Assembly: GCF_008065095.1 (NCBI RefSeq)
Contig: NZ_CP042911.1
Span: 2,430,001-2,462,000 of the forward strand
DNA: 32,000 nt
DNA from: Gemmata obscuriglobus
Lineage (GTDB): Bacteria; Planctomycetota; Planctomycetia; Gemmatales; Gemmataceae
Direction of reading: 5' to 3'
The notes below the pieces were generated by a model that worked only from the letters and a program-made list of their open reading frames with translations, was not told the DNA's origin and made no database searches. A program made the position numbers and the translations under genes. Below are positions 23,844 through 32,000 of this stretch, piece after piece (position 1 is the stretch's first letter; each line of letters begins with the position of its first letter).

Positions 23844-26600
23844 ATGGCGTTTCATAACAGCCGTTCGCTGCGCAAGAGCCTGTTCGGACGCCTCGCGATC
23901 GAACAGATGGAAGACCGATGCGTCCCAGCATTTTTGGCCGTAACCGGGTTTGCCGACGGCCCCGCCGGGCCGCCGACCGCCGGTACCGGGACGCAGAACG
24001 ACCCGTACCTGTTCGGCAGCCTGCGGGCGGCGGTCCAGTACGCGCAAGCGGCGGGCGACGACACCATCACGCTGTCCGCCGGCACCTATCTGCTTACCGA
24101 CACCACCGACTTCGGCCTGGACATCGTCGACGCGGCAACGACCGGGAAGCTGACGATCGGCGGGGCCGGAGCAAGCCAGACCTCCATCACGGCCAGCTTC
24201 GGAGCGCCGAACGCGAACACCCGCCTCTTCAACCTCTCGGGCGGGGCCGACCTGACGCTCACGAACATGACGCTCAGTGGCGGAAACGTCACCGATATCG
24301 GCGGTGCCATCGTAGCGTACGGCGGCTCCGCGGGAACCCATCTGGCGCTCACCGGCGTCGACCTGTTCGCCAACCAGGCCCAAGATCTGGGCGGAGGGGT
24401 CGCGCTCATCGGGATCGACGGAAGTGTCACCGCGACCCTGACGAACGTAAACGTGACCAACAACCAGTCCGGATATGGCGGCGGGATCGGGATATTTTAC
24501 GGCGGTATCTTGACGGCCACTGACAGCTCGTTCACCGGCAACCAGGCTGTCGTGATCGGCGGCGGGATCGCGACATACTACGGCGGGTCGGTGACGATCA
24601 CCAACAGCACTCTGAGTGGGAACACCGCAATTTACGGAGGCGCGGTCGGGGTGTGCTTAGACATCGGCGGGTCGGTGACGATCACCAACAGCACTCTGAG
24701 TGGGAACACCGCACATTACGGAGGCGCGGTCGGGGTGTTCTCAGACATCGCCGGTACGGTGTCGGTGACCAACAGCACCCTGAGCGGGAACGCCGCAGAT
24801 TACGGCGGCGCGGTCTTCACGGCCGACGACTACGGTGGGGCGACCACCCTGACCAACAGCACGGTGAGCGGCAACACCGCCACATACGGCGGGGGCGGGC
24901 TCGCCGCTCTGTACGGCGGGAACGACGGCACGCTCGACCTGGTAAACAGCACCGTCAGCGGCAACGCCGCTGCTTACGGGGGCGGTGCCCTCTTCACCGG
25001 CGCGCAGGGGACGCTGACCAACTCGACCGTGACCGCCAACCGGGGGTACGGAGGCGGGCTGTCGGCCGACGGCTGGATCGCGGTCACCGTCCGGAACTCG
25101 ATCGTCGCCGGCAACTTGGACCCGACCGGAACCACCCCGGACGACCTGTTCGTGGACTCCGGCATCCCGTTCCTCTTCAACTACTCGCTGATCGGCGTGG
25201 GTGACAGTCTGGTGCTGGCCCCCCCGCCGGTGGGCACGGGCAACCAGATCGGGACATTAGCGAACCCGCTCGACCCGCGGCTCGGGCCGCTGGCGAATAA
25301 CGGCGGGCTGACGCACACGCACGCCCTTCTGGCGGACAGCCCGGCCCGCGACATGGGCGACCCGGACGCCTCGAACCTGCCGCCCACGGACCAGCGGGGA
25401 CAAACCCGGGTGCTCGGCGGCCGGGTGGACATCGGCGCGGTCGAGTTCGTCGCGGTCGCCATCGGCCCGGACGCGCTCCCGGCGGGCACGGTCGGGACCG
25501 CGTACGCGGCGACGCTCACCGCGGCCGGCGCGAGCGGTCCGTTCGTGTACACCGTCACCGCCGGGGCGCTGCCGCCCGGCGTGACGCTGAGCGCGGCCGG
25601 GGAGCTGACCGGCGCTCCGACGGCGGCCGGGGCGTACACGTTCACAGTTGCGGCGACCGACTCGAGCGGGGCCAGCGGCGCGCGCGAGTTCGCCCTCACG
25701 GTCGCCGCGGCCGCCACGCCGCCCAAGTTCGTGCTGGGGGCCGGGAACAACGGTCGGGTCCAGCTCGCCGGCGGCGACGGCACCTCGATCCCGGCCTTTA
25801 ACGGGTTCCAGGGTGAGGTGCGGGTCGCCACCACGGACCTCAACGGCGACGGCGTGATGGACATCGTCGCCGGGGCCGGTGCGGGCTCGGCGGGCGGGCA
25901 CGTGAAGGTGTTCGACGGGGCCACCGGCGCCCTGATCCGCTCGTTCCTCGCGTTCGACGGGTTCGCCGGCGGGGTGTACGTCACCACCGGCGACATCAAC
26001 CGGGACGGCGTCGCCGACCTGATCGTGGGGGCCGGTGCGGGCTCGGCGGGCGGGCACGTGAAGGTGTTCGACGGGGCCACCGGCGCCCTGATCCGCTCGT
26101 TCTTCGCGTTCGACGGGTTCGCCGGCGGCGCCCGGGTGTCCAGCGGGGACGTGAACGGGGACGGGGCGGACGACATCATTGTGGGGGCCGGTGTGGGCTC
26201 GGCGGGCGGGCACGTGAAGGTGTTCGACGGGGCCACCGGCGCCCTGGTCCGCTCGTTCTTCACGTTCGACGGGTCCACCGGCGGGGTGTTCGTGGGGGCC
26301 GCCGACCTGGACGGCAACGGCACCGACGAGATCCTCGTGGGGGCCGACGCCGGGGCCGACCCGGTGGTGAACGTGTACGGCGCCGCGGACCGGCCCCAGT
26401 TGAGTTTCCTGGCGTACGCCCCGGCGTTCCGCGGCGGGGTCCGGGTGGCGGGCTTCGACGTGGACGGGGACGGCCGGGATGAGATCCTCACCGGCAGCGG
26501 GGCTGGGGCCGCGGGCGACGGCCGCGTGTTCGACTCCGCCGGCCGGGTGCTCAGCTCGCAGATCGTCGCCGACGTGCTCAGCGGCATCTTCGTCGGGTGA
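23844..26600 (+). CDS. Giant secreted protein: Pmp-like parallel beta-helix, choice-of-anchor-Q-like end, Ig-like (He_PIG-type) domain, FG-GAP/VCBS propeller
   Basis: The N-terminus is MAFHNSRSLRKSLFGRLAIEQMEDRCVPA. Many [ST]N[ST]T[LV]SGN.A..YGG[AG] repeats follow, then LDPRLGPLANNGGLTHTHALL..SPARD.G...DQRG..R...VDIGAVEF, then GTAYAATLTA.G..GPFVYTV..GALPPGVTL. At least 5 repeats of D[LIV][ND]GDG..D[IL][IL]VG...GS.GGHVKVFDG close the protein. Confidence 0.8.
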   Translation: MAFHNSRSLRKSLFGRLAIEQMEDRCVPAFLAVTGFADGPAGPPTAGTGTQNDPYLFGSLRAAVQYAQAAGDDTITLSAGTYLLTDTTDFGLDIVDAATTGKLTIGGAGASQTSITASFGAPNANTRLFNLSGGADLTLTNMTLSGGNVTDIGGAIVAYGGSAGTHLALTGVDLFANQAQDLGGGVALIGIDGSVTATLTNVNVTNNQSGYGGGIGIFYGGILTATDSSFTGNQAVVIGGGIATYYGGSVTITNSTLSGNTAIYGGAVGVCLDIGGSVTITNSTLSGNTAHYGGAVGVFSDIAGTVSVTNSTLSGNAADYGGAVFTADDYGGATTLTNSTVSGNTATYGGGGLAALYGGNDGTLDLVNSTVSGNAAAYGGGALFTGAQGTLTNSTVTANRGYGGGLSADGWIAVTVRNSIVAGNLDPTGTTPDDLFVDSGIPFLFNYSLIGVGDSLVLAPPPVGTGNQIGTLANPLDPRLGPLANNGGLTHTHALLADSPARDMGDPDASNLPPTDQRGQTRVLGGRVDIGAVEFVAVAIGPDALPAGTVGTAYAATLTAAGASGPFVYTVTAGALPPGVTLSAAGELTGAPTAAGAYTFTVAATDSSGASGAREFALTVAAAATPPKFVLGAGNNGRVQLAGGDGTSIPAFNGFQGEVRVATTDLNGDGVMDIVAGAGAGSAGGHVKVFDGATGALIRSFLAFDGFAGGVYVTTGDINRDGVADLIVGAGAGSAGGHVKVFDGATGALIRSFFAFDGFAGGARVSSGDVNGDGADDIIVGAGVGSAGGHVKVFDGATGALVRSFFTFDGSTGGVFVGAADLDGNGTDEILVGADAGADPVVNVYGAADRPQLSFLAYAPAFRGGVRVAGFDVDGDGRDEILTGSGAGAAGDGRVFDSAGRVLSSQIVADVLSGIFVG
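24581..24748 (+). repeat. In-frame tandem duplication, 2 x 84 bp (28 aa) inside the beta-helix region
   Basis: Copy 24581-24664 and copy 24665-24748 differ at 4 of 84 positions by my alignment (GGSVTITNSTLSGNTA[IH]YGGAVGV..DI). A more diverged third unit follows. Confidence 0.9.
25872..26339 (+). repeat. In-frame tandem repeat, 3 x 156 bp (52 aa) FG-GAP blades
   Basis: Units start at 25872, 26028 and 26184. The first ~100 nt of units 1 and 2 are identical except for one base. The last ~56 nt of each unit are clearly diverged. Confidence 0.9.
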
Positions 26601-26695
26601 GGCCGAGAATCTGCCCGCCGCCCGGCCGTTCGGAGTTGCTCCCGGCCGCGGCGCGCTGTAATCTACCGGTGATACCTTCGCACGAGACGGATACC

Positions 26696-26773
26696 GTGAC
26701 CGCGTCCCTGCTCCTTCTGAACCTTCCGCTTCTTGGACCGTCACGGGGCCATTGTCCTTCGCGCGTCGGCTGA
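26696..26773 (+). CDS. Candidate leucine-rich leader peptide of leuA (25 codons)
   Basis: GTG 26696 to TGA 26771-26773 encodes (M)TASLLLLNLPLLGPSRGHCPSRVG. Seven of 25 codons are Leu, four of them consecutive, and four of the seven are CTT, which is unusual in this GC-rich DNA. The SD is weak (GAGACGGA). The peptide is too short for the ORF track. Confidence 0.4.
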   Translation: MTASLLLLNLPLLGPSRGHCPSRVG

Positions 26774-26794
26774 TCCGATCCACGAGGTAACAGC

Positions 26795-26831
26795 GGCCCC
26801 GGAACTCAAGTTCCGGGGCCGATTTCGTTTC
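26795..26831 (+). terminator. Terminator-like hairpin (putative attenuator) 12 nt before the leuA SD
   Basis: A perfect 12-bp stem pairs GGCCCCGGAACT (26795-26806) with AGTTCCGGGGCC (26809-26820). GATTTCGTTTC follows. The upstream segment GTCACGGGGCC (26740-26750) can pair with the same left arm, which would form an antiterminator. Confidence 0.55.
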
Positions 26832-26842
26832 AGGAGCGCGTT

Positions 26843-28429
26843 ATGTCCGTTCCGGCCGATCCGAACCGCGTCATCATCTTCGACACCACGCTGCGCGACG
26901 GCGAGCAGAGCCCGGGCTGCAGCATGAACCTCGCCGAGAAACTCGAGATGGCCCGCGCGCTCGCGGACCTCGGCGTGGACGTGATCGAGGCCGGGTTCCC
27001 GATCGCCTCCCCGGGCGACTTCGAGAGCGTGCAGGCCATCGCGCGGCAGATCCACGGGCCGGTCATCGCCGGCCTCGCCCGGTGCAACCCCACGGACATC
27101 GACCGCGCCGCGGACGCCGTAAAGGACGCCGAGAAGCCGCGCATCCACGTGTTCCTCGCCACCAGCGCGATCCACCGCGAGTTCAAGCTGAAGATGACCT
27201 CGGAGGAGGTGGCGCGGCGGGCCGTCGAGGGCGTCAAACGCGCCCGCGACCGGTGCGCCGACATCGAGTTTTCCCCCGAGGACGCGGCCCGCACCGAACT
27301 CGACTTCCTGGCAGAGGTGGTCGAGCGTGTGATCGAGGCCGGGGCCACCACGCTCAACATCCCCGACACCGTCGGGTACGCGGTGCCGCAGCACTACGCC
27401 GCCATCATCCGGCACCTCAAGAAGAACGTCCGCGGGATCGACAACTGCGTGCTCTCGGTCCACTGCCACAACGACCTGGGCCTGGCGGTGGCCAACAGCC
27501 TCGCGGCCCTGGGCGAGGGCGCGCGGCAGGTCGAGTGCACCATCAACGGCATCGGTGAGCGGGCCGGCAACACCTCGCTCGAAGAGGTGGTGATGGCGCT
27601 GCACACCCGCCGCGACTACTACGGGCTGACCACCGGGATCAACACCCGGCACCTGTACCCGGTGAGCCGCAAGCTGTCGCACGTCACCGGGCAGACGGTG
27701 CAGCGGAACAAGGCGATTGTGGGGCAGAACGCCTTCGCGCACGAGGCCGGCATCCACCAGGACGGGATGCTCAAGGAGCGCAGCACCTACGAGATCATGC
27801 GCCCCGAGGACGTGGGCATCCCGCAGACCGAGCTGGTGCTGGGCAAGCACAGCGGCCGGCACGCGCTCAAGCAGCGGGTCGCCGCCCTGGGGTACGGCCT
27901 GTCCGACGAGCAACTGAACAAGGTGTTCGAGGAGTTCAAGAAGCTCGCGGACAAGAAGAAGGAGATCTACGACGCGGACATTGAGGCGCTCGCGGAGAAC
28001 CAGCTCCAGGAGGGCACGGGGAACCTGTGGACCCTCGTCGGGTTCACCAGCACTGCGGGCACCGGGTCGCAGACCTCGGCCGCGGTGACGCTCAAGCACC
28101 TCGACGGCTCGGTGCGTCGCGACGCCGCCGTCGGCAACGGCCCGATCGACGCGCTGTTCAAGGCAATCAACCGGGTCACCGGGGCGGCCGTGCGGGTGGT
28201 GGACTACCGGGTGCGGTCAGTGAGCCAGGACATGGACGCGCTGGGCGAGGCGAGCATCGAGATCGAGTACTCGGGCAAGAAGTCGCGCGCCCGGGCGGTC
28301 AGCGTGGACGTGGTGGAGGCGAGCGCCCTGGCGTACCTGGAGGTGGTGAACCGAGTCGCCTCGCGCCAGCTCCGCGACCGGCTCAAGCCGACCGACAACG
28401 TGCCGACCGAGGCCGTCCCCGCGGGCTAA
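26843..28429 (+). CDS. leuA: 2-isopropylmalate synthase
   Basis: The N-terminus [15 protein letters not shown], then [16 protein letters not shown], the GIGERAGN motif and the C-terminal LeuA regulatory domain are all present. An AGGAG SD lies 7 nt upstream. Confidence 0.95.
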   Translation: MSVPADPNRVIIFDTTLRDGEQSPGCSMNLAEKLEMARALADLGVDVIEAGFPIASPGDFESVQAIARQIHGPVIAGLARCNPTDIDRAADAVKDAEKPRIHVFLATSAIHREFKLKMTSEEVARRAVEGVKRARDRCADIEFSPEDAARTELDFLAEVVERVIEAGATTLNIPDTVGYAVPQHYAAIIRHLKKNVRGIDNCVLSVHCHNDLGLAVANSLAALGEGARQVECTINGIGERAGNTSLEEVVMALHTRRDYYGLTTGINTRHLYPVSRKLSHVTGQTVQRNKAIVGQNAFAHEAGIHQDGMLKERSTYEIMRPEDVGIPQTELVLGKHSGRHALKQRVAALGYGLSDEQLNKVFEEFKKLADKKKEIYDADIEALAENQLQEGTGNLWTLVGFTSTAGTGSQTSAAVTLKHLDGSVRRDAAVGNGPIDALFKAINRVTGAAVRVVDYRVRSVSQDMDALGEASIEIEYSGKKSRARAVSVDVVEASALAYLEVVNRVASRQLRDRLKPTDNVPTEAVPAG

Positions 28430-28465
28430 TGCCGGTGCGGCTTTCGACTGCACGCGCGTGTAATC

Positions 28466-28526
28466 GGCACACCCGGCGCCAGGTTGCGGTCCTACGGTTT
28501 GCGGCTTGTTGTGTGCCTGCTTTTTC
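28466..28526 (+). terminator. Possible leuA terminator (weak)
   Basis: GGCACAC (28466-28472) pairs with GTGTGCC (28511-28517). TGCTTTTTCG follows. The loop is very large (38 nt), so the call is tentative. Confidence 0.3.
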
Positions 28527-28647
28527 GTGCGGTTCGCTTGTGGAGCAGCGGCGCTTTGGGCATCCGATCTGTTTCACGCCGCGCACTCGGTGCTCCTTGC
28601 TACCGTCCACGTGGCAAACGGACCACACTGAAAAACAGGTACGCGGC

Positions 28648-29091
28648 ATGCAACGCAATTCTCGGCAAGGAGGGCGTGTGGCCGATTCGCCGAAGTGGAT
28701 GCGCGGCGTGCTCGCCCTTGCGGGCGTGTACAACCTCGCGTGGGGCGCGTGGGCGGTATTGCTCCCCGAGCGGTCGTTCGCCAACTCGGGGATGCAGCGC
28801 CCGGACCAGCCGCTCCACTACCCGGAGCTGTGGCAGTGCATCGGGATGATCGTCGGCGTGTACGGGGTCGGGTACCTGATCGCGGCCAGCGACCCCGCGC
28901 GCCACTGGCCCGTTGTGCTGGTCGGGTTCCTCGGTAAGTTCTTCGGGCCGGTCGGGCTGGCTTACGGCGTACTCACCGGCCGCTCGAGCGCCGAAGGTTT
29001 GCTCACCTGCGTTCCGAACGATCTGATCTGGTGGGCGCCGTTCGTGCTGACCCTGCGGCACGCGTACCGGTCGCGAGGAGGTCGCGAATGA
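28648..29091 (+). CDS. Small integral membrane protein, hypothetical; translationally coupled to the downstream oxidoreductase
   Basis: Hydrophobic helices include GVLALAGVYNLAWGAWAVLL, IGMIVGVYGVGYLIAA, VVLVGFLGKFFGPVGLAYGVL and LIWWAPFVLTL. The stop overlaps the next start (ATGA at 29088-29091). The start is uncertain among ATG 28648, GTG 28678 (just after AAGGAGGG) and ATG 28699. Confidence 0.55.
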   Translation: MQRNSRQGGRVADSPKWMRGVLALAGVYNLAWGAWAVLLPERSFANSGMQRPDQPLHYPELWQCIGMIVGVYGVGYLIAASDPARHWPVVLVGFLGKFFGPVGLAYGVLTGRSSAEGLLTCVPNDLIWWAPFVLTLRHAYRSRGGRE

Positions 29092-30341
29092 ATGACCCTG
29101 ACGTGCTGATCGTGGGCGCCGGGCTGGCGGGTCTGGCGTGCGGGCGGGAGCTGGCGCGGCGCGGGGTGCCGTTCCGCATCCTCGACGCCGCCGACGGGGT
29201 CGGGGGCCGGGTCCGCACGGACCTCGTGGACGGGTTCCGGCTCGACCGCGGGTTCCAGATCTACCTGACCGCGTACGCCGAGGGGCGGCGGGTGCTGGAC
29301 CTCCCGGCGCTCGATTTGAAGCCCTTCGCCCGTGGGGCGCTGGTACGGTTCGGCGGCCGGTTCCACCGGGTCGCGGACCCGCGGAGCGAGCCGCTCGCCG
29401 CCGTCGCGTCGCTGTTCAACGCGGTCGGCTCTCCGCTCGACAAAGCGAAGCTCCTGAAGCTCTACCGTGACGTTCGGCGCGAGGCCCCGGACGCGCCGAA
29501 CCCCGACCGCACGACAACCGAGCAGCTCCGCGCGGCCGGGCTCGGCCCGAAGCTCGTGGAGCGACTGTTCCGACCGTTCCTGGGCGGGGTGTTCCTCGAA
29601 CGCGAACTCACCACGTCCGCGCGGTTCTTCCGGTTCGTGTTCGGGGCGTTCGCGGCTGGCCCCGGGGCGGTCCCCGCCCTCGGGATGCAAGCGATCCCGG
29701 AACAGCTCGCGGCGGGGCTGCCCGCCGGCTCGGTGCGGCTGAACGCGCCCGTCGAGGCCGTGGCCGACGGCGCGGTGTCGCTGGCGGGCGGTGAGCGCCT
29801 GAGCGCGCGGGCCGTTGTCGTGGCGACCGACGGCACGGCCGCCGCGCGACTGCTCGGCGCCGCGGTGCCCGATCCGGCCTGGAACGGCACCGTAACGCTG
29901 TACTACGCCGCCGACGCCGCACCCCTTACCGAGCCCATCCTGGCGCTCGACGGAGAGGGCCGCGGCCCGGTGAACAACGTGGTCGTGATGTCGGCGGCGG
30001 CGCCCGCTTACGCCCCGCCGGGCAAGGCGCTGGTCGCGGCGTCGGTCGTGGGTGTTCCCGCCGATGGAGATGGGGAACTCGACCGGCGGGCGCGGGAGCA
30101 ACTGGCGGAGTGGTTCGGCCCCGCGGTCGCCGGCTGGAAGCTGTTGCGCGCGTACCGGATTCCGCACGCGCTACCGGCCCAACCCGCCGGCACGCTCGAC
30201 CCGTGGCAGCGCCCGGTGCGGCTGCGGAGCGGGCTGTACGTGTGCGGCGACCACCGCGACACCGCCAGCATCGACGGCGCGTTGACCAGCGGCCGGCGCG
30301 CCGCCGAAGCGGTGGCGGAAGACTTGGCCCGAACTAGCTGA
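29088..30341 (+). CDS. NAD(P)/FAD-dependent oxidoreductase (amine oxidase / phytoene-desaturase-like fold)
   Basis: The N-terminal dinucleotide motif is DVLIVGAGLAGLACGREL...G..F.ILDAADGVGGRVRT. The C-terminal motif is GLYVCGDH....SIDGAL.SG. A GAGGAGG SD lies 6 nt upstream. Confidence 0.8.
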   Translation: MNDPDVLIVGAGLAGLACGRELARRGVPFRILDAADGVGGRVRTDLVDGFRLDRGFQIYLTAYAEGRRVLDLPALDLKPFARGALVRFGGRFHRVADPRSEPLAAVASLFNAVGSPLDKAKLLKLYRDVRREAPDAPNPDRTTTEQLRAAGLGPKLVERLFRPFLGGVFLERELTTSARFFRFVFGAFAAGPGAVPALGMQAIPEQLAAGLPAGSVRLNAPVEAVADGAVSLAGGERLSARAVVVATDGTAAARLLGAAVPDPAWNGTVTLYYAADAAPLTEPILALDGEGRGPVNNVVVMSAAAPAYAPPGKALVAASVVGVPADGDGELDRRAREQLAEWFGPAVAGWKLLRAYRIPHALPAQPAGTLDPWQRPVRLRSGLYVCGDHRDTASIDGALTSGRRAAEAVAEDLARTS

Positions 30342-31026
30342 TCAGTTCCGCGAGGCCGGCCGCGCGGTGGAGAACGTGTGTGTGCCGCGCGTCCGGATCG
30401 AGGAGGAGGGCGTGCATTCCGGCCGCGGTCGCGCCCTCGTAATCGTTTCGCAGGTCGTCCCCGACGAACAGCACTTCCGCGGGCGCGCAGCCCGCGATGC
30501 GGCTCACTTCCGCAAAGAACTCGCGTGCGGGCTTCCGCCAGCCCACTGCGGCACTTACGACGACGCGGTCACGGAGCGGGGCCAGTTCCGGGAGCCCGTC
30601 GAGTACTGTGAGCAGCCGGGCGTCGTAGTTGGAACCCATACCCAGGACGAACCCTCGCGCCGACAGCGCCGCGACCACCCCCGCGGCGGCGGCGGGAACG
30701 CGCCAGGCGCCGGGCCGCGCGTAGTGCTCAAAGAGGTGAGCGAAGCACGCCCCGGGGTCGGACACGCCGGCGAGCGTGCTCGTCACGATTGTGCGCCAGC
30801 GGTCGCGCTCGCGGGCCTCGCTCGTGGCCCAACTCCGGTCGGCATCGGCCGCCTCTTCTTGCCGATAGGCGGTGAGGAACCGCTCGCGCACTTCGGACGC
30901 GGGGAGGTCCAGGCCGTGCCAGCGTGCGACCGCGGCGTAAACCGCCGGGGCCGACGGCTCGGGGAAAATGAGCGTGCCGACCGCGTCGAAGAACACGGCC
31001 CGCACGCCGGACGGGATTCGTGCCAC
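30334..31026 (-). CDS. HAD-superfamily hydrolase (subfamily IA-like)
   Basis: Motif I is AVFFDAVGTL, and motif IV is LFVGDDLRNDYEGATAAGMHALLLD. The GTG start lies 4 nt after the upstream gene's stop; an internal GTG a few codons in is also possible. Confidence 0.8.
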   Translation of the reverse strand: MARIPSGVRAVFFDAVGTLIFPEPSAPAVYAAVARWHGLDLPASEVRERFLTAYRQEEAADADRSWATSEARERDRWRTIVTSTLAGVSDPGACFAHLFEHYARPGAWRVPAAAAGVVAALSARGFVLGMGSNYDARLLTVLDGLPELAPLRDRVVVSAAVGWRKPAREFFAEVSRIAGCAPAEVLFVGDDLRNDYEGATAAGMHALLLDPDARHTHVLHRAAGLAELIS

Positions 31027-31030
31027 GGCG

Positions 31031-31366
31031 TCAGTTCGCCGCGCCGTTGGCGGACGCGGCGCGGCTCCGCGGTCCCGGGACCACGGACTTCGTGGGCGTC
31101 GGCGCGACCGACTTCACCGCCATCCGGCTCGCCTTGCGGGTCGCCGGCTGGGCGCCCTCGGGGAGCGACCGCGCCGCCTGCGCCGCCACCGCCACCTTTA
31201 GCAGGTGCAGGCCCGAGCGGAAGATGATGAACGCGATGAACGCGGACGGTCCGGCCTCGAAGATGCGGCGGTTCGAGATCAGCCCGTAGGTGTTCCAGAA
31301 CTGCCACAGGCCGACGCCGATCAGTGCCCAGCCGGCCAGTTCCCGGCTCCAGTACGCGAACCTCAT
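31031..31366 (-). CDS. Small membrane protein (2 TM) with Ala/Pro/Ser-rich tail, hypothetical
   Basis: The ATG complementary to 31364-31366 gives MRFAYWSRELAGWALIGVGLWQFW...PSAFIAFIIFRSGLHLL. The rest of the 299-aa track ORF upstream is Arg/Gly-rich artefact. Confidence 0.5.
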   Translation of the reverse strand: MRFAYWSRELAGWALIGVGLWQFWNTYGLISNRRIFEAGPSAFIAFIIFRSGLHLLKVAVAAQAARSLPEGAQPATRKASRMAVKSVAPTPTKSVVPGPRSRAASANGAAN

Positions 31367-31431
31367 GTTGATGCGCTCTCTCGGGTTTGGAACTCGGCCG
31401 GACGGCGGGAGCGGCCCGGTGGTGTTTTGCG

Positions 31432-31977
31432 TCACTTCTGGTCGTCGCGGCGCGCTCGCTTCGGACGCTTGCGCGCGGCCCGTTCCTCTTCGGCGGCGCG
31501 CTTGCGCGCGGCCTCTTTCTCGCGCTGTCGGGCGTCCTGCGCGGCGGCCTCGGCCCGCTCGCTCGCGCGGCGCCGGCCCCAGACGCGCCACTTCTCCAGC
31601 CGCACCCGCTCGCGGTGCGACTCGCTCCAGCTCGTGTCGGCGAGCACCATCGCCCCCTCGGAGGCGTTCATCACCCGCAGCCGCCAGTACCCGAACACCA
31701 GCCGCACCAGCAGCGTGCCGAAGAACAGGATGCCCAGCAGCACGAAGAAGCGGTTCTGGCCGGGGCGGAACTCGCCCGGCGGTTGGTCCCGGCTGAACGC
31801 GCGGAGCGAGCGCGTGTCCGCCCACCGGAACGGCACCCCGCTCTCCATCGGGACGAACTCCAGCGCGTTCACGAGCCACCAGACCGCCTGGCCGATCAGC
31901 ACCAGCGCGCCCGAGGCGGCCAGCATCCACGCGAGTTCGTCGGGCCGGATGTGCGCCGTCGGGCGGCGGACCGGCAC
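31432..31977 (-). CDS. Membrane protein with highly charged Arg/Glu/Lys/Ala C-terminal tail, hypothetical
   Basis: There are two hydrophobic helices, WMLAASGALVLIGQAVWWLV and FFVLLGILFFGTLLVRLVF. A coiled, charged tail follows (RRRASERAEAAAQDARQREKEAARKRAAEEERAARKR). The start at 31977 lies near the window edge, so the true start could be further upstream. Confidence 0.5.
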   Translation of the reverse strand: MPVRRPTAHIRPDELAWMLAASGALVLIGQAVWWLVNALEFVPMESGVPFRWADTRSLRAFSRDQPPGEFRPGQNRFFVLLGILFFGTLLVRLVFGYWRLRVMNASEGAMVLADTSWSESHRERVRLEKWRVWGRRRASERAEAAAQDARQREKEAARKRAAEEERAARKRPKRARRDDQK

Positions 31978-32000
31978 TTCGCCCTTGCGCTTGAGGGCGC

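Noticed and set aside
24581-26339. Regularly spaced direct repeats that could superficially suggest a CRISPR-like array
   Set aside because: The repeats are contiguous with no unique spacers, in frame, and encode protein repeat units (beta-helix rungs and FG-GAP blades) of a single long CDS.

Overview
This is a very GC-rich chromosomal segment (GC not computed exactly). Its gene content points to Planctomycetota, probably a Gemmata-like organism. The pointers are a PVC-type heme-binding CxxCH giant protein, an ECF sigma factor fused to WD40-like propellers, and a huge secreted beta-helix/FG-GAP protein with an N-terminal ..EDRxxP motif. I call 25 protein-coding genes. Housekeeping genes are the 3' part of rpsA, a sigma-70 lacking region 1.1, psuG, a Ser/Thr-dehydratase-family enzyme, fabI and leuA. 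Between them lie lineage-typical multidomain proteins, one ParD/ParE toxin-antitoxin pair and several small membrane proteins. I recognised no rRNA, tRNA, CRISPR array, transposase or integrase. Most long ORFs in the six-frame track that overlap these genes in other frames are Arg/Pro/Gly-rich high-GC artefacts. Five things deserve follow-up. (1) A single 1294-aa chain combines an ECF sigma module, a TM helix and about 19 propeller blades, with no anti-sigma gene nearby. (2) A candidate Leu-codon leader peptide (..SLLLLNLPLL..) with competing terminator/antiterminator hairpins sits directly upstream of leuA. (3) A shared palindrome ACTTTG-N5-CAAAGT sits in promoter-like sequence upstream of two minus-strand units; it includes a winged-helix regulator and suggests a small regulon. 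(4) Two long-arm inverted repeats (28 and about 37 bp arms, about 60-nt loops) lie just downstream of the two regulator genes. (5) The PVC heme protein is fused to a ThuA-like domain and tightly coupled to an unknown secreted protein. All functional calls rest on motif recognition by eye; no database search was run.
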